Translations under genes and position numbers: made by a program
Assembly (NCBI GenBank): GCA_012295275.1
Contig: CM022667.1
Location: 17,236,001-17,300,000 of the forward strand
Direction of reading: 5' to 3'
DNA: 64,000 nt
Source: Chrysomallon squamiferum
Lineage: Eukaryota; Animalia; Mollusca
The notes under the pieces: model-generated
Seen by the model: the letters and a program-made list of their open reading frames with translations, nothing else
The model's database searches: none
What the model was told of the DNA's origin: nothing
Part shown: positions 16,416-30,174 of the stretch, piece after piece
How positions within the stretch are numbered: the stretch's first letter is position 1
Layout of the letters: every line of letters starts with the position of its first letter

Positions 16416-16637
16416 ATATTTTATTTTCCTCTTCATATTTTATCTACCAGATTTTAATCCTCTTTTAATCCTCTTTCTCTCTCTCTCTCTCTGATTCTCT
16501 CAGTCAGTCTATCTATTTGTTTGTCTTCATTCTGTCTATCTGTCAGTCAGTCTTTCTATCTCTCTGACTATAAGTTTTTCTATCTCTCTATCTCTCTCTG
16601 TCGTCTGACGCTCTCGTAGTCTATCTATCTATCTCTA

Positions 16638-16674
<37 letters not shown>

Positions 16675-17621
16675 GTGCCTGTCTCTATCTAGCTATCTCT
16701 GTACGTTCCTGTCTTTATCTCTCTCTGACTGCAGTACGGGAGGCAACCGCCCCGCTGACGTGAGGGTTGTAAAAACGACAAAAGATAAATGAAGACATGC
16801 TGTTAGAAGAGAAGGGAGAGGACCAGGTTTATGCGCTATTTATCTTCGTACAGTCATTCCCTCGAAATGCCTCGTTGCACAGTTAAATTACCTTAGTAAC
16901 AAATGACCCACGTGATACGTGAAGCCTTCAAACGCCTTCTTCTAACGTCGAGAATGGGGTGGGGGAGGTTTACAAGCACGTGGAAGGTATTTTTTTCTCT
17001 GCATATCAATCCTTCAACCGCCTTCTTTGACGTCGAGAACGTACTGGTGATGGTAGTGTTGGAGGGTTTTATAAGCTCATGGAACGGGTTTTCCGTTTTA
17101 CTTGAGGTCGTAATTTCTGCCAAGCACTTTATTATGACACTGAGAGTAAACGAAATTCGGCAGTGTTGCATTAAGAAATGCAAGTTTGTGTTCGTTGAAA
17201 ATTTTTGAGGAATGAATTCTACGACCAAGCTGATTGGAAACGCAGGTCAAGGCAGATAAACTGAGTGTGAAGACATGCACGGTATGTCTTTGTATGCGTC
17301 CAAGCCACTGGAGACCCTTTCTACTAAACACCAATGAGCAATGACGTAACATTTGTCCGTCAGTGCTAAACGCCAATCAGCGGTGATGTAACTGCTGGGT
17401 TTGGACTGATGTCTTATTAAACGTTGATATTACTGTAGCAGTACTTCGTTAACGCTGATCACAGACTTTGACGCTTTTAGTAATGAAAATGTTTGTGAAA
17501 GCTGGACAGGCTGGTGAGGCAGGTTGCTGGAGTTACAATTTGTATAATTATATTTAATGTTTTAACTAACCTCCTAGCTTTTAGTAATATATCGCCTGAA
17601 AAGCATAATAATAATGTAATC

Positions 17622-17690
<69 letters not shown>

Positions 17691-18377
17691 GCAATACAAC
17701 AGAGCAAACGAGGTTAAACAAAAAAAGTGAAAATTCTTTTCGAATTTAATATCCTTAAATACTTTAACATGTTTTTGTGTCTTCATTTTTTTCCATATAT
17801 ATTTCTCGATTTTCTTTCCTTTTTTTTTTTTTTCCCTTTTCTTTTTTTTTTTTTTTTTTTTTTTTTAATTTTTTTTTCAAGTTTCCCATTTGTAAAACAG
17901 AAACGATATACGTCAAAATTCGCCAAATGGGCCTGCAACCCAATCGGTGAAAGAGAAAGTGTTAGAAAACAGAGAGCCAAGAACACGTGTGACTGCGTTA
18001 AAATATATGCATGTATATCATCTTCCCTAACTACTCTCCCTTTTAAAATACGTACATGTTTGGTGTGTTCCCTAATTGTATTTCTACCCTTCTATAAGGT
18101 ATGCTCTCTATTCTCAGTTTTTCAAATATATTTTTCATATTCTGCTAGTTTCTGTAAATTGTACTAGCATCTTCACTATACTGCACTTGCTACTCTTGAG
18201 TCCACGTTTAATCACTGAGAGCTTTCCACTTACTTCTGTGTTTAGCTTACTTATTAATATATTGTTATTATTGTTGTTGTTGCTGCTGTTTTTGTTGTTA
18301 TTACTACTTTTGATTAATGTTTGTATTTTGGAAACATTATACAAAATTCCGCGTTAACAGTTAACACTGAAATAAAA

Positions 18378-18871
18378 TCTGTTAATAACTATTTAACGTC
18401 TAAATTCGTTCCACTGCACAGTCTGTATTAGTCATATCTTCCCTGCCCCACCCCGCGGTCTTCTAACAATACCCCCCCCCCGTGTGAACAAAACATCTTC
18501 CCTAAGTGACGTCTGAAACGGGAACGACAGCCGTCCCACAACGTCTCTGACATAAGGCGTTACAGCTTGCTTTTATTTTTTCATTCCATTTTCTACGTTT
18601 CTTATTTCCTTCCTTTAAACACCTGCAAGATTTCTCCTTCTTATTTTTTCTTTTCTCGCCTCTGTTAATAACTCGTCTAAATTCGTTCCACTGCACAGTC
18701 TGTATGTTCATATCTTCCTTAACAATACCCCCCTCCCCGTGTGAACAAACATCTTCCCTACTGGAATTCTCTGACATAAGGCGTTACAGCTTGCTTTTAG
18801 TTCCATTTTCTACGTTTCTTATTTCCTTCCCACCTCCAAGTTTCTCCTTCTTTTTTTTCTTTTGTTCTCGC
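18378..18871. repeat. Imperfect tandem duplication (283-bp and ~211-bp units)
   Basis: Units start at 18378 and 18661 (tctgttaataact...cgtctaaattcgttccactgcacagtctgtat...ccgtgtgaacaaa...tctctgacataaggcgttacagcttgctttta...ttccattttctacgtttcttatttccttcc). Confidence 0.92.
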
Positions 18872-19523
18872 AGGTTCTTGCTGCGCTGTCCGCCATCCCT
18901 CTGGAATTAGCAGTTTTTAGTCTCCCCCCTCCGTTTCTTTCTTTGATTTGTTAAAGCTGTCCGCATCCCTCTTCAACCCCCCTCCCCTCAGACAAACATC
19001 GTATGGCACGCATATGGTTTCCTCATCTCACCCGGCTATGGGACACATGATGAACTTCGGCTAGAGATATTTCCAAGACTCCACAATCTCTGCAAGAAGA
19101 TTTGCTTCCAGGATTTCTCCACCTCAGACAGCAGTCGGACGACAGCGTGCTGACAGACTCGAGGCCAATAAACACGTTCGACGCAGGCCACCACGTCATT
19201 ATTAGAAGCCCCCTTTTCATCGGGAAGGGATCATTTGGTTAATATCGAAGACGTACGAGTTTTGTCGATTCTTCCAGACTGCGTGTCGTTAAGTAGACGT
19301 GTTATTGCAGACTGGGCTCTGACAGATACTTCTCATTATGCGTAATCAAAGGGGAAGATGTGAGTTTATAATTAAATGTTTCAAATCAGCTAGACCGCAG
19401 GATCGAAACCTATATCGAACGATTTAAATAAATAAATAATTAAATAAATAAATAAAAGGATTTTTTTTAACCTAGTGACTATTTAGAGTAAAACAGTGTT
19501 GAGACTTATTCAAAATAATGATG

Positions 19524-19635
<112 letters not shown>

Positions 19636-19796
19636 CAACAACAACAACAACAAATAACTTGAATGTATTCTGAGCTGATTTCAAATATAATACCATAGGT
19701 ATATAACTGTAAAAGAAAACGCTTGAATGACTAAAAATCAATTAACTTAAAAAATTGAAATTATAAAGTTAATTTCAAAAAGAAGAAAGCACATAT

Positions 19797-19869
19797 AGCC
19801 CCCAGTGAGACTCGAACTCACGACCCCTGGTTTACAAGACCAGTGCTCTAACCACTGAGCTATGGAGGC
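19797..19869 (-). tRNA. tRNA-Thr(UGU), copy 3 (U4.G69, T-loop TTCGAGT)
   Basis: Reverse complement reads GCCTCCATAGCTCAGTGGTTAGAGCACTGGTCTTGTAAACCAGGGGTCGTGAGTTCGAGTCTCACTGGGGGCT. All stems pair; downstream TTTTT present. Confidence 0.96.
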
Positions 19870-20317
19870 TGTTGTAAGTAAATTTTAACTTTACCTACTT
19901 ATAAAAGTTGATTTGTGAAACAGATTGCCATATCGAACGTTCAATATTGATTGTTATATATTTCTATATATATATGTCCTTACACGTGCCTTGGTATAGC
20001 TGTCGTACGATCCCCCACCCCTTATAGGCGACGGCTTCTGGCTCCGACCCACAGCTAGTTGGGGAGGTTAAAGATAACTACTCCCTCTTTCTCACTAACT
20101 GATCTGCTAACATGCTAACTGCACACGAACTGCGAGCTTCCACCTCCAGTGACGTGAGCGCTGGTTCAGCTCATTGATTTCACCTAGTAACGCTTCTGAA
20201 CCGTTAAGGTCTTAATTTAATCATAAACTGTAATCTGATAATGTAGTTATTTTGTAGTTCAAAAAATCTATATTAATTAATAATAACTGACCAATAACAG
20301 CAAAAACAACAACAGCT

Positions 20318-20380
<63 letters not shown>

Positions 20381-20512
20381 GTAATAATGGTAATAATAGT
20401 AGTAGTAGTGATAACGAGGATGATGATGACAATAATGATATAAGTAGATATCAAATGTTTTCTTTTTTCATCATCATCATCATCGCTATCGTAATATCTT
20501 CTTCTTCTTCTT

Positions 20513-20641
<129 letters not shown>

Positions 20642-22164
20642 TTTGTTTATGTATTTATTTCTCAACTTAATCCAACTAAACTTATTCTGGGAGGTTAGCC
20701 TGAAATTCATCGATGTCTGGAAAGCTTGTATTAACCTCAGCTCCCTGTCTTCAAGCACGCTTCTGTAGCCCAGCACACCTCCCATGCAGAACCACACCTT
20801 CAGGATGAGCTCAGTCGGATGATTTTGTTAAAATATTACAGCCAAACAAGGATTATCAGTTCAAACAGCTGAATAGGGACGCTGGTTACTGTCTTAGTTT
20901 AGGCCAAATGGGCTCCTCCCCTCTCTCTCTCCCCCCTTAAAACTATCCCCCGCCTGAGGCACACACAAAAGATGGTCATGATTAAAATGGCCAAGGCATG
21001 TCCGTTATCCGCTGTAATCCAAACAAGCGAGTGGAAATGAAATCAATGGGGAAGTATTTTTGTTTTAATTGATCCCAGGGTGTCCAGGCGCTGGGAGGGG
21101 CATCTACAGGTGAGAACAGTTTTGTGCCTCCCGGGAAGAAGCCAGGTTCTAGCCTCCAGGCTGGTTCGTTCCTTTCTGGACGTTTGTAAAGATGCATCTC
21201 CACCGTGAGGATTTGTCGCCCCATTTTTACAGCCTTGGTGGTCAAAGTTAAGTCGTTAAGGTGGTCCCGGTATTAAACTTCTACTTTTTATAATGGATGA
21301 TGTACGTTTTAAAAATCATGAGAGTTTAAATAGAACTAGTCATTCAAAAAAAAAAAAAAAGATATATAAAATAAATAAAAAAAATAAAATTTTAAAAAAA
21401 AAAATTGAAAAAACAACAAACAAAAGTTTCTTACACATAATAACACAACAGAATTTCGTTATGTTTATATTTCACTTTTTTCTTCAACAACAATAAATCA
21501 ATGTAAACTATTCAGTCACATTTCTCAACCATCACCAAAAAATTCGTCTAAATTACGAGGAACAATTTATAACGAAAATAACTTAGTTATTATTTCCCCC
21601 TCATTCATGTACTGGCATATTTTAAATTTGTCTTTGTTGTCATTCTTACGTTGTTGTTGTTTTTTTCACCACATTCCAAATCTGCTAAGTATATCTAAAC
21701 TCCCCGAGCAGGAGAGACAACAGTTCAACACTTTTACCCTTGTTACAGTAGCAGGTTTATAATTGTTGCAAATATTACAGTTTAATATAATCTTCTTTTT
21801 TTTTCTTCTGTTTTCTTTAGTTCTTTATTTTACTTATTCATTTATTTATTAGAAATAAAATGAAATACATTAAAATAAGTATGATCCACAAAGTTATTTA
21901 TTTATTTTATTTTTTATACACAGTCAGACTCTAAAAACTGTCTTACACGAAAATGAAGTTTGTATGTAAATTCTAGACTAGGCTGTATTCTATCTCTGAT
22001 GCTACTTTCGCTTACTGTAGTCTACCCTTTCCTTTCAGACTTAGCTGTAATTACACCCTTTTGTAGAAATCCACTTCCAGCTCAAAAACTCGACAATGAG
22101 ATATTTACTCTCCGAAAAATGTCTTTGATTATTCACATTTCTAAATTACGTTATAATAGTAGTT

Positions 22165-22190
22165 TGACGTCACTAATTATATGACGTCAT
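22165..22190. promoter_or_regulatory. Two perfect CRE palindromes (TGACGTCA)
   Basis: TGACGTCA at 22165-22172 and 22182-22189, in very AT-rich context. Motif match only. Confidence 0.45.
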
Positions 22191-22410
22191 ACGTTCATTA
22201 TTTAATAATTTTGCAAGTTTTTGTTGTGTTGTGTATATTTGGAAACTGTGTATATTCTTGATCCGTAATGGGAAATTACCTTGTAATGAAGACAGCATAT
22301 AAAATTACAAAGACAGTCAACGTATTTTTCTTTTAATATTTACATTTACTTTTGATTTACTATAGATGAAATATTGTATCAGTAATACTATTTATTTATT
22401 TATTTATTTT

Positions 22411-22607
22411 TGTTTGCATGTTTTATTTACATATTATTTATGTAGTAGCAGCACACTATATCAATTCGTTTGTTTATTTTTTTGTTTCATTTACTTATTT
22501 ATCTGTTATTTATTTATTTATTTATTTTTTTTTTTTTTTTTTTGTTTGTTTGCTTGTTTTATTTACATGTTGTTTATGTATTTATGTAGTAGCAGCACAC
22601 TACATCA
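22411..22607. repeat. ~55-bp local direct repeat
   Basis: tgtttgc.tgttttatttacat...tatttatgtagtagcagcacacta.atca at 22411-22463 and 22547-22607. Confidence 0.8.
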
Positions 22608-23408
22608 CTTTAAAGTCCCTTGTCCTTCTACAACACTGCTGCCACACCAAAGTATTTTGAAATGATTTTACAGTATTAAAGATTAAGATTAACAGCATTT
22701 TCTGTGGTTTACGATATTTGAAAAACAAAAACATAGCATAAAGATATAAATATCTCATATAAATTCATAGTTTAGATGCTTAATTATGGCTGACATTTTA
22801 TTTTTAGTTTGTAATATTACAAGAGAGACCGGAAACGATTAATTAATTTGTAGCTCCACTGGCTGTTTGAGGTAGTACCGTAACTAAACTGAGATGTGTT
22901 AACAATCGGACACGTTTTGGAAAAGAATGAACAATTTCTGTGATCTCCCCTCTCTCGCCATTATCCTGCCCCACGGATGTACATTCTTTCCTTTGTGGAC
23001 AAACATCGAACAACAACAGCGATGACGTAACTGACGAAGTCTTGCACGTCCCTGCTGAGCCGCTCCTTACTGTTCTGTGGTGCGGACGTTTTTGCATCAA
23101 CATCATAACGGCTAATGATTCGGGAGTCGTTTGTCTTCGCTTGTTGGTCGTGTTTTCTCAGACAGCAGTGTTGTGGATTCACAGTGTTTGCACAACACGA
23201 GATAGTCTTGTCAGAAAACATTCTCACCCAGACACTGACTCCTCTAATTTTTATTTTAATCATCTTCCTTGTAATAACATCTGCATTTTGACGCCGATTC
23301 ACATTCTCTGATGTAGAGATTTAGAAAAATGAAAGTATTAAAAATGTAAATAAAAAACCCCAAAACAAATGTAATTTTTATGTTTGTGTAAGTCACGGCA
23401 ATTTAGTC

Positions 23409-23504
<96 letters not shown>

Positions 23505-24633
23505 ATGGACTGAAGCATTATTCATTCATTTATTCATCCTGCTTACGTTACATTGAATCTTAGACCTGAAAATGTTATTAGTTAATTTTTGGATCCATGA
23601 AATTGGATATTTGACAAACAGACACTCATAAGGACATCATTATAAACCAAACAGAAACTTCGTAAATACACATTACAAATTTACAAACTACTTTTAAAAC
23701 TGTCGGGTCGAAACAGCCGCGTTTCCACGTTTGCAACACCATAATTAAGTTTACAGTTCGGAACTTCCGTTATGTTTAGAGACACATTTTCCCGTTATCG
23801 GCCACGGCTTCGGTTACTTCTTTCTGACGCGTCGGTTACAGCAGGTTACGGCGGTTACGCCGGCAGGTAAGTGACATAGCGGGGAAGCTGTCTGACCAAA
23901 TGGGATTATCTTGTCAGGAGGCTGGGAGTTCGACACCGCTAACTGGATTTAGTAAGCCCGGCGTGCGCCAGTTTGACACTACTGATTTCCTGCTACATTC
24001 CGCTGCGTGCGAAGGAATCCAGACGGTGCTGGCTCGAGTGATGTATCGGTCTAAAATATCCGAGCACTTCGCATCAGTCAATCAAATGTTTGACACGTGC
24101 GTGCGTTTACTGAAAATTCAAACACTTGGAATACTGGCTATGTTACTGTTATTATTGTACTACTGCTACTACTACTGCTGCTACTACTACGACTTCTACT
24201 ACTACTACTATCACACCACAGCACAACCACAACTATTAAGTGTAACTGCTACTACTATCAATACTATTGGTGCTGCTGCTGGTGCTAATGATAATAAAAA
24301 TGATAAAACTGATGATGATGAGGATGATGATCATCATAATAGTATTAATAATTTAAAAACAAATTTTAATGAACTCCCACTGCCCATAAATACAGAAACT
24401 CTTTACTGTGTAGTAATAAACAAAATAAAATAAAATAAAGTAAACATTGTTTAAAAACAAAACAAACGAACAGAAAAAAAAAAAAAGAAGAAGAAAGATT
24501 TATAAATCAAAATGAAGTGAATAAATGTAGTAATTAAAAACAAAGACAAAAGCAATAACTACAAAGAAAAGACAAATATAAATAAAAATAAATAAATAAA
24601 TAAATAAATGAAAGTTCAAGCAAGCTTTCAAAG

Positions 24634-24677
<44 letters not shown>

Positions 24678-25782
24678 GAACTAGCGAAAAATTCAGTAAT
24701 ATAACTACAGTGAAGTAATTTTAGTTTTTTGTTAATTTTTTTATTAATTTTAGGTGGATCTTATACAATCGCGATGGATTCGAAGATCTGAACACGTAAC
24801 ATAGCATGCATGCCTCACATGGCCTTAACCTCGACGAAACTTTAATTTTCACGTACAATAATCTTCTTACAAATCTTTGTAACTAACGCAATTAACAGAC
24901 AAACAAACGAATTAACTCATTTGTCTAGATAGCATCACACTGCGCTGGGGAATACAGACACCTAGAATAGTGATCTGCCTGATAACGTGACACCTACTGT
25001 AGTGATCGTACTGATAAGGTGACAGTAGCTGGTTTAGTGACAGTTGCACATCAACACCTACTGATAAGGTTATTGGTCGTTGATTTCATTACGACTCAAT
25101 TGCATTGCTCTGACACATTATGTGTTAATTTCATTACACGTCCGTCGCTTTAGTGCTGTGTCCAGGTGGTAAGAAATGGATGTGTCTTTCATTACCTGTA
25201 GCCCTGTGTAACAATAATAAAAATAATAATAATAATAATAATAATAATCTTCATCATCATGTTGATAAACATGATAGTAGTAGTACTAGAGTATAAATAG
25301 TAGTAGTAGTAGTAGTAGTAGAAGTATTATTATTATTATTATTGTAGTAGTAGTAGTAGTAGTAGTAGCAGTAACAACAAAAGCAACACAATAACAAGGT
25401 TGGTATTTCAGACCATCCTCCATCCAATCTGGTTCCGTACCTGAAAAATACATAAGAGAAATTATCATATTCATTCATTCATTCATTCATTCATTTGTTT
25501 ATTTATTTATTTATTTATTTGTCAGTTTCTTTATTACAATAGCTACTGTAAGTACAAAAGAAATATTTCTTTCGGTAAAATAAACAGAGCCATCTAAGTC
25601 TCATAATAAAAACAGCACATAAAACAATCGACGCGCACATTCAGCAAACATTTCAAACACAGACAGGGTTACACTCGGAATGCCGAAAAAAACTTGTTTT
25701 ATCACTTAACATCGACAATGTGTGACGTTTCGAATTTTATTTCCAAATTCTTTATCTTAGACCTACAAACCGATTATTAGCG

Positions 25783-25874
<92 letters not shown>

Positions 25875-27509
25875 TGAAACGCCTTCATAAAAAAAAAGTC
25901 TTATCAGATCGGTAATTTGTGCTTCGTTGGCGAGCTGAAACAATTTCGATTGTGCACAGACAAACATACAGGCTATATTACACACCCAGTTGTAGAATAC
26001 GATACGGGGAGGTGGTAATAATCATCTGTTTTCTCACTCTCGATTCTCCGATATCCAACGAAGCTGAGGGATAATAAAAACGAAATATTACTTCAGTTAG
26101 TTTTCTTCTTTTTTCTCACGCGGATCGGTGAGTGTTGCGGTAACTCAAATTTAGGGAGGAACTGAAAAAAAGAGAAAAGAAAGCAATTTATATATATGTA
26201 TATAAGGGAGAGAATTTTCTGTATGTGTGTGTGTGCGTTCCTGTGTGTTTTCTGGGAGATAGAAAGCGAGGAATGATCAATAGAGAGATAAAAAAAGAAA
26301 AAAGAAGAAATACAGTGTCAGAATGGATTCCAGTGGTTTATATTACAGGGTAATTTATTCATAAACTGAAGACAACATTAAGCGGTCTTGAAGAACTGAA
26401 AAGAAAAAACCCAACGTTGTTGTTGTTTATATATATATATTAATAAAATAAAAATAAATAAATACATAAATAAATAATAATGATAATAATAATTCTAAAA
26501 TATATAAACAAAACAAAAAATAAACAAAAAAATGTCTGAGAAATTTATTTCGATTCGTTTTCGATTTTTTTAGGGGTTTTATTTTTTATTTATTTTCTTT
26601 TTAATTTCGTGTTTCACAACCACGTGTCCTGCCAGCAATGAGCTGGTTGAGAAGCGGTTCGTGTCGTGGTCGTGGAAACTGCGAGGACGCTGATTTGCTG
26701 CCGCGGCGTGTTGACAAGCGATCCTGTAAAGCTCATCAAGGAACATAAATCAAGTTTATGACTTGACAGGAGCTAATTCTAACACGCATTCGAATGAGCA
26801 TTACACGTCCAAAATGTCCGACCGAACGCATACGACACCGGTATTCTGTAGCCTGACTTTTATGCAACCTGCACCAGACTTTATTATCACTGTCAGGCTG
26901 GCTACTTTTCAACTTCTGCTTACACTCCAATTTTCGCCCAGAAACTTATCTTTTTATGTGTATAAATAATTAAATGAAGATCATTTTTCATCATACGCTA
27001 GAAATCAAGCATCTAAAATGATATAAAATTGAGTTCCATGCTTAATAAGAATTTACATACGGGCTACAATGTATTTACTTTTTTATTATTGTTCTCAGGC
27101 TAGACTGGAAGTTAAGTATAACTGACGTTTGTCTTCGGCCGTGACCCGTAAGATTTTCTTGTTTTCATTCGAGCAGAACCGAAACCGGTTTACAAGCCAA
27201 GGAATCGTTTGGCTATTTTGTAGACGAGAATTTTCATCGTCTGTTTGCGCGTTTCCGTTTCGCTTTCCTTATTGCAACTGACAAACGCCTCGTTTTGCTT
27301 TGATTGGTAAAAATTGTTATGGAAACTGACAGATACCACGTGCTCTGCGCGCGAGCACTTAGTGTGAAGATGTCTGATCTAATTGGGAGTAATAAATTAC
27401 TGAACGTACCTGAACAAGCGAGTGTCTATCTCCTCCTTAAACTGTCTGTTATCAGACACCCCTCAAGTAATTAATTAATTAATTTATTTATTTAAAATAT
27501 TTATTTATT

Positions 27510-27569
<60 letters not shown>

Positions 27570-27875
27570 GTTGTTGTTGTTGTCTTCTTCTTCTTCTTCT
27601 TCTTCTTCATCTACTTTTCGTCGTTTTTGTAACAGGGAAAATCAGTGAGTTTGAGAAATTAGAAATGAAAGGAAATGACAAGAACAGGAAGGTATCCAAG
27701 ACTTTTTTCCCGGGAAGAGTCTGACAGTTCTCGTCTGACGATTTATCTCAACAAATGAGCCAAGTCCTTTTCTTTAATTAATATATAAGTATGTTACTAT
27801 AAATAGAATGTTCTTCTTTTTTTTCTTTTTTTTCGTTTTTCGTTTTCTTGTTTTTTTCTTTGTTAGTTTTATTTA

Positions 27876-27912
<37 letters not shown>

Positions 27913-28220
27913 ATTATTATTATTTTTTGTGTGTGTGCTGTCTGTAGTAATACATTAAATGAGTAAAAACAGTTTTGTTTTGATGTAGGGTAAGATCTGT
28001 TGTAAGCCCCCATTCCTGAAAACAGACTTTAATTTTGAATATGCATTATTATCTTCTAGTTTCTTCTTTTCTATTATTTCCATTTTATTTATTTATTTAT
28101 TTATTTATTTTCTTGTAAGTGCTGTATACATACACACAAAATGCCACATACATAATCAATAGGAAGGCGTTCGTACAGCAGTCTGTTAATGAATAGCTCC
28201 AAAAAGAAACGTTAGTAACC

Positions 28221-28293
28221 GCCTCCATAGCTCAGTGGTTAGAGCACTGGTCTTGTAAACCAGGGGTCGTGAGTTCGATTCTCACTGGGGGCT
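28221..28293 (+). tRNA. tRNA-Thr(UGU), copy 4 (U4.G69)
   Basis: GCCTCCATAGCTCAGTGGTTAGAGCACTGGTCTTGTAAACCAGGGGTCGTGAGTTCGATTCTCACTGGGGGCT, with TTTTT about 11 nt downstream. Confidence 0.97.
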
Positions 28294-28445
28294 ATTAAAA
28301 TCTATTTTTAACACCACAGTTAGTACTTTAAAATTACGATAATGGTGATAATACAACTTCCTGTTCAGTTTTGGATAAAACAGAGTTATCTTTTCTTTTT
28401 ATAATTAATTGTAACTTGGTTTTTAATTATTTATCATTTCTGTAA

Positions 28446-28505
<60 letters not shown>

Positions 28506-30088
28506 TGATGTTGTCATCAACGTTCATGTTAATTAATTCTTTTTGTTTTTAAAGTTCTTCATATTCAACATCATTATCATCGTCTTTACTATTTTAAGTA
28601 TTTAAAATAATTACTACTACTACTAGTAGTAGTAGTAGTGATGGTGGTGCTGATAGTAGCAATACTACTAATTACTACTGCTAGTAATTATAATAGAAGA
28701 TTGTTGTAGAAGCAGCAGTGTAGTATGTCCTTTAATTTCAAACATTCGGTCTTCCCGACAGACACACGCACGCGCACACATACACACAATTTTTAAATCT
28801 GCACCATCTGTCATATTTCTGTTTGACAATGTCTCTGTGGTCACATGACCACTTTCTTTTAAGTTGCGCTATCAGTTACTCATGAAACAAAAACCAGCAG
28901 AGAAAAGAAAGATTTGTGTTTACGTTGAAGATCAAAGAACGTCGTCACCATGGTAATTACGTTACAGACGTGGTTGTAGATCTCACACACGTGACATAAT
29001 GTGTACAGTTCTTTATTCCGTTATTTTCATCTTCATATCCAATTAAATTTCTGTTATTTCTCTCATTGCTTTATTCTTTTCTTTGTAATTTTTTCTCTCT
29101 CATTAGTTCTTTCCTTTATTTCTTTGTTTTTTTATTTCTATTTATTTAAACAAATAAATAAATTGAAAAAAACAATAATAATAATAATAATAATAATAAT
29201 AATTAAATAAATAAATATATTTATTCGACTTTTAGTTATAGCTTTACTAATTTCTTTTATTTAAATGTTTAATATTTAATTTTAGTTTTATGTTATTTAT
29301 TTATGTCATATTTGTTCTATTTATATTAGTAACCCATTTATACTCGAAAACCCACCTTTGAAACAATAATTAAAAACAAAAAAAAAGAAGAAAGAAACCT
29401 TTTTTTTTTCTTCACCTCCATCTTAGTCTAATTTTCACACCCATTTCAAACAAACTCTTGTATTTCGTTTTCACACGACACGCCACTGAAACAGACACTG
29501 ATTGAAACAAATCGGGCGCGAAACTGCGAAATCCGAACCAGTAGCGAGTTTATTACATGCATCCCAGCCTCTCCCCCGAGCCCACAGATGCGGACGTATC
29601 TCTCCTCGCTTGGGAACGCCCACCCCTAAAGACTTGTCAGTCAGGGGTATTCATTTCTACTTCGACAAATAAACAAATCAATCTCAAAATACAGTCTTAT
29701 CTACATCAATGAGCTGAAGGAGATGAAACGAGCTGGGGTCGAGGAATGACATTTTCTCCGCTTTGTTTTAAAGATAGAGAAATTTATTTATTTTTTGCTC
29801 GTGGTCGCCATTTGGTTGTGTGATAAAAATTAATTATCACTTATAAATTTTTATGGATTTTTTCTTTTTTTTTTTTTTTTTTTTTTTTTTTCTATGTAAA
29901 ATATAATAAAAATAATAAAAGTAAAATTTATTGATACGGATATTTGTTCTTATAACGACTGCACTGCTGGAACGAAATATATATATATATTTTTTTTAAT
30001 TACAACAAAAATAATAACGAAGAGAATTTATTTACGATATTCATACCTTTGTACAGCGCCATATTAGTAGATTATTATTATTGTTGAT

Positions 30089-30174
<86 letters not shown>

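Noticed and set aside
22843-23311. Three overlapping ORFs of 87-123 aa
   Set aside because: No recognisable protein and open frames on both strands; kept only as a possible non-coding exon.
23547-23565. 19-nt minus-strand micro-exon (ttttcag|...|gtaagc)
   Set aside because: Both splice sites look plausible, but such pairs arise by chance and nothing else supports it.
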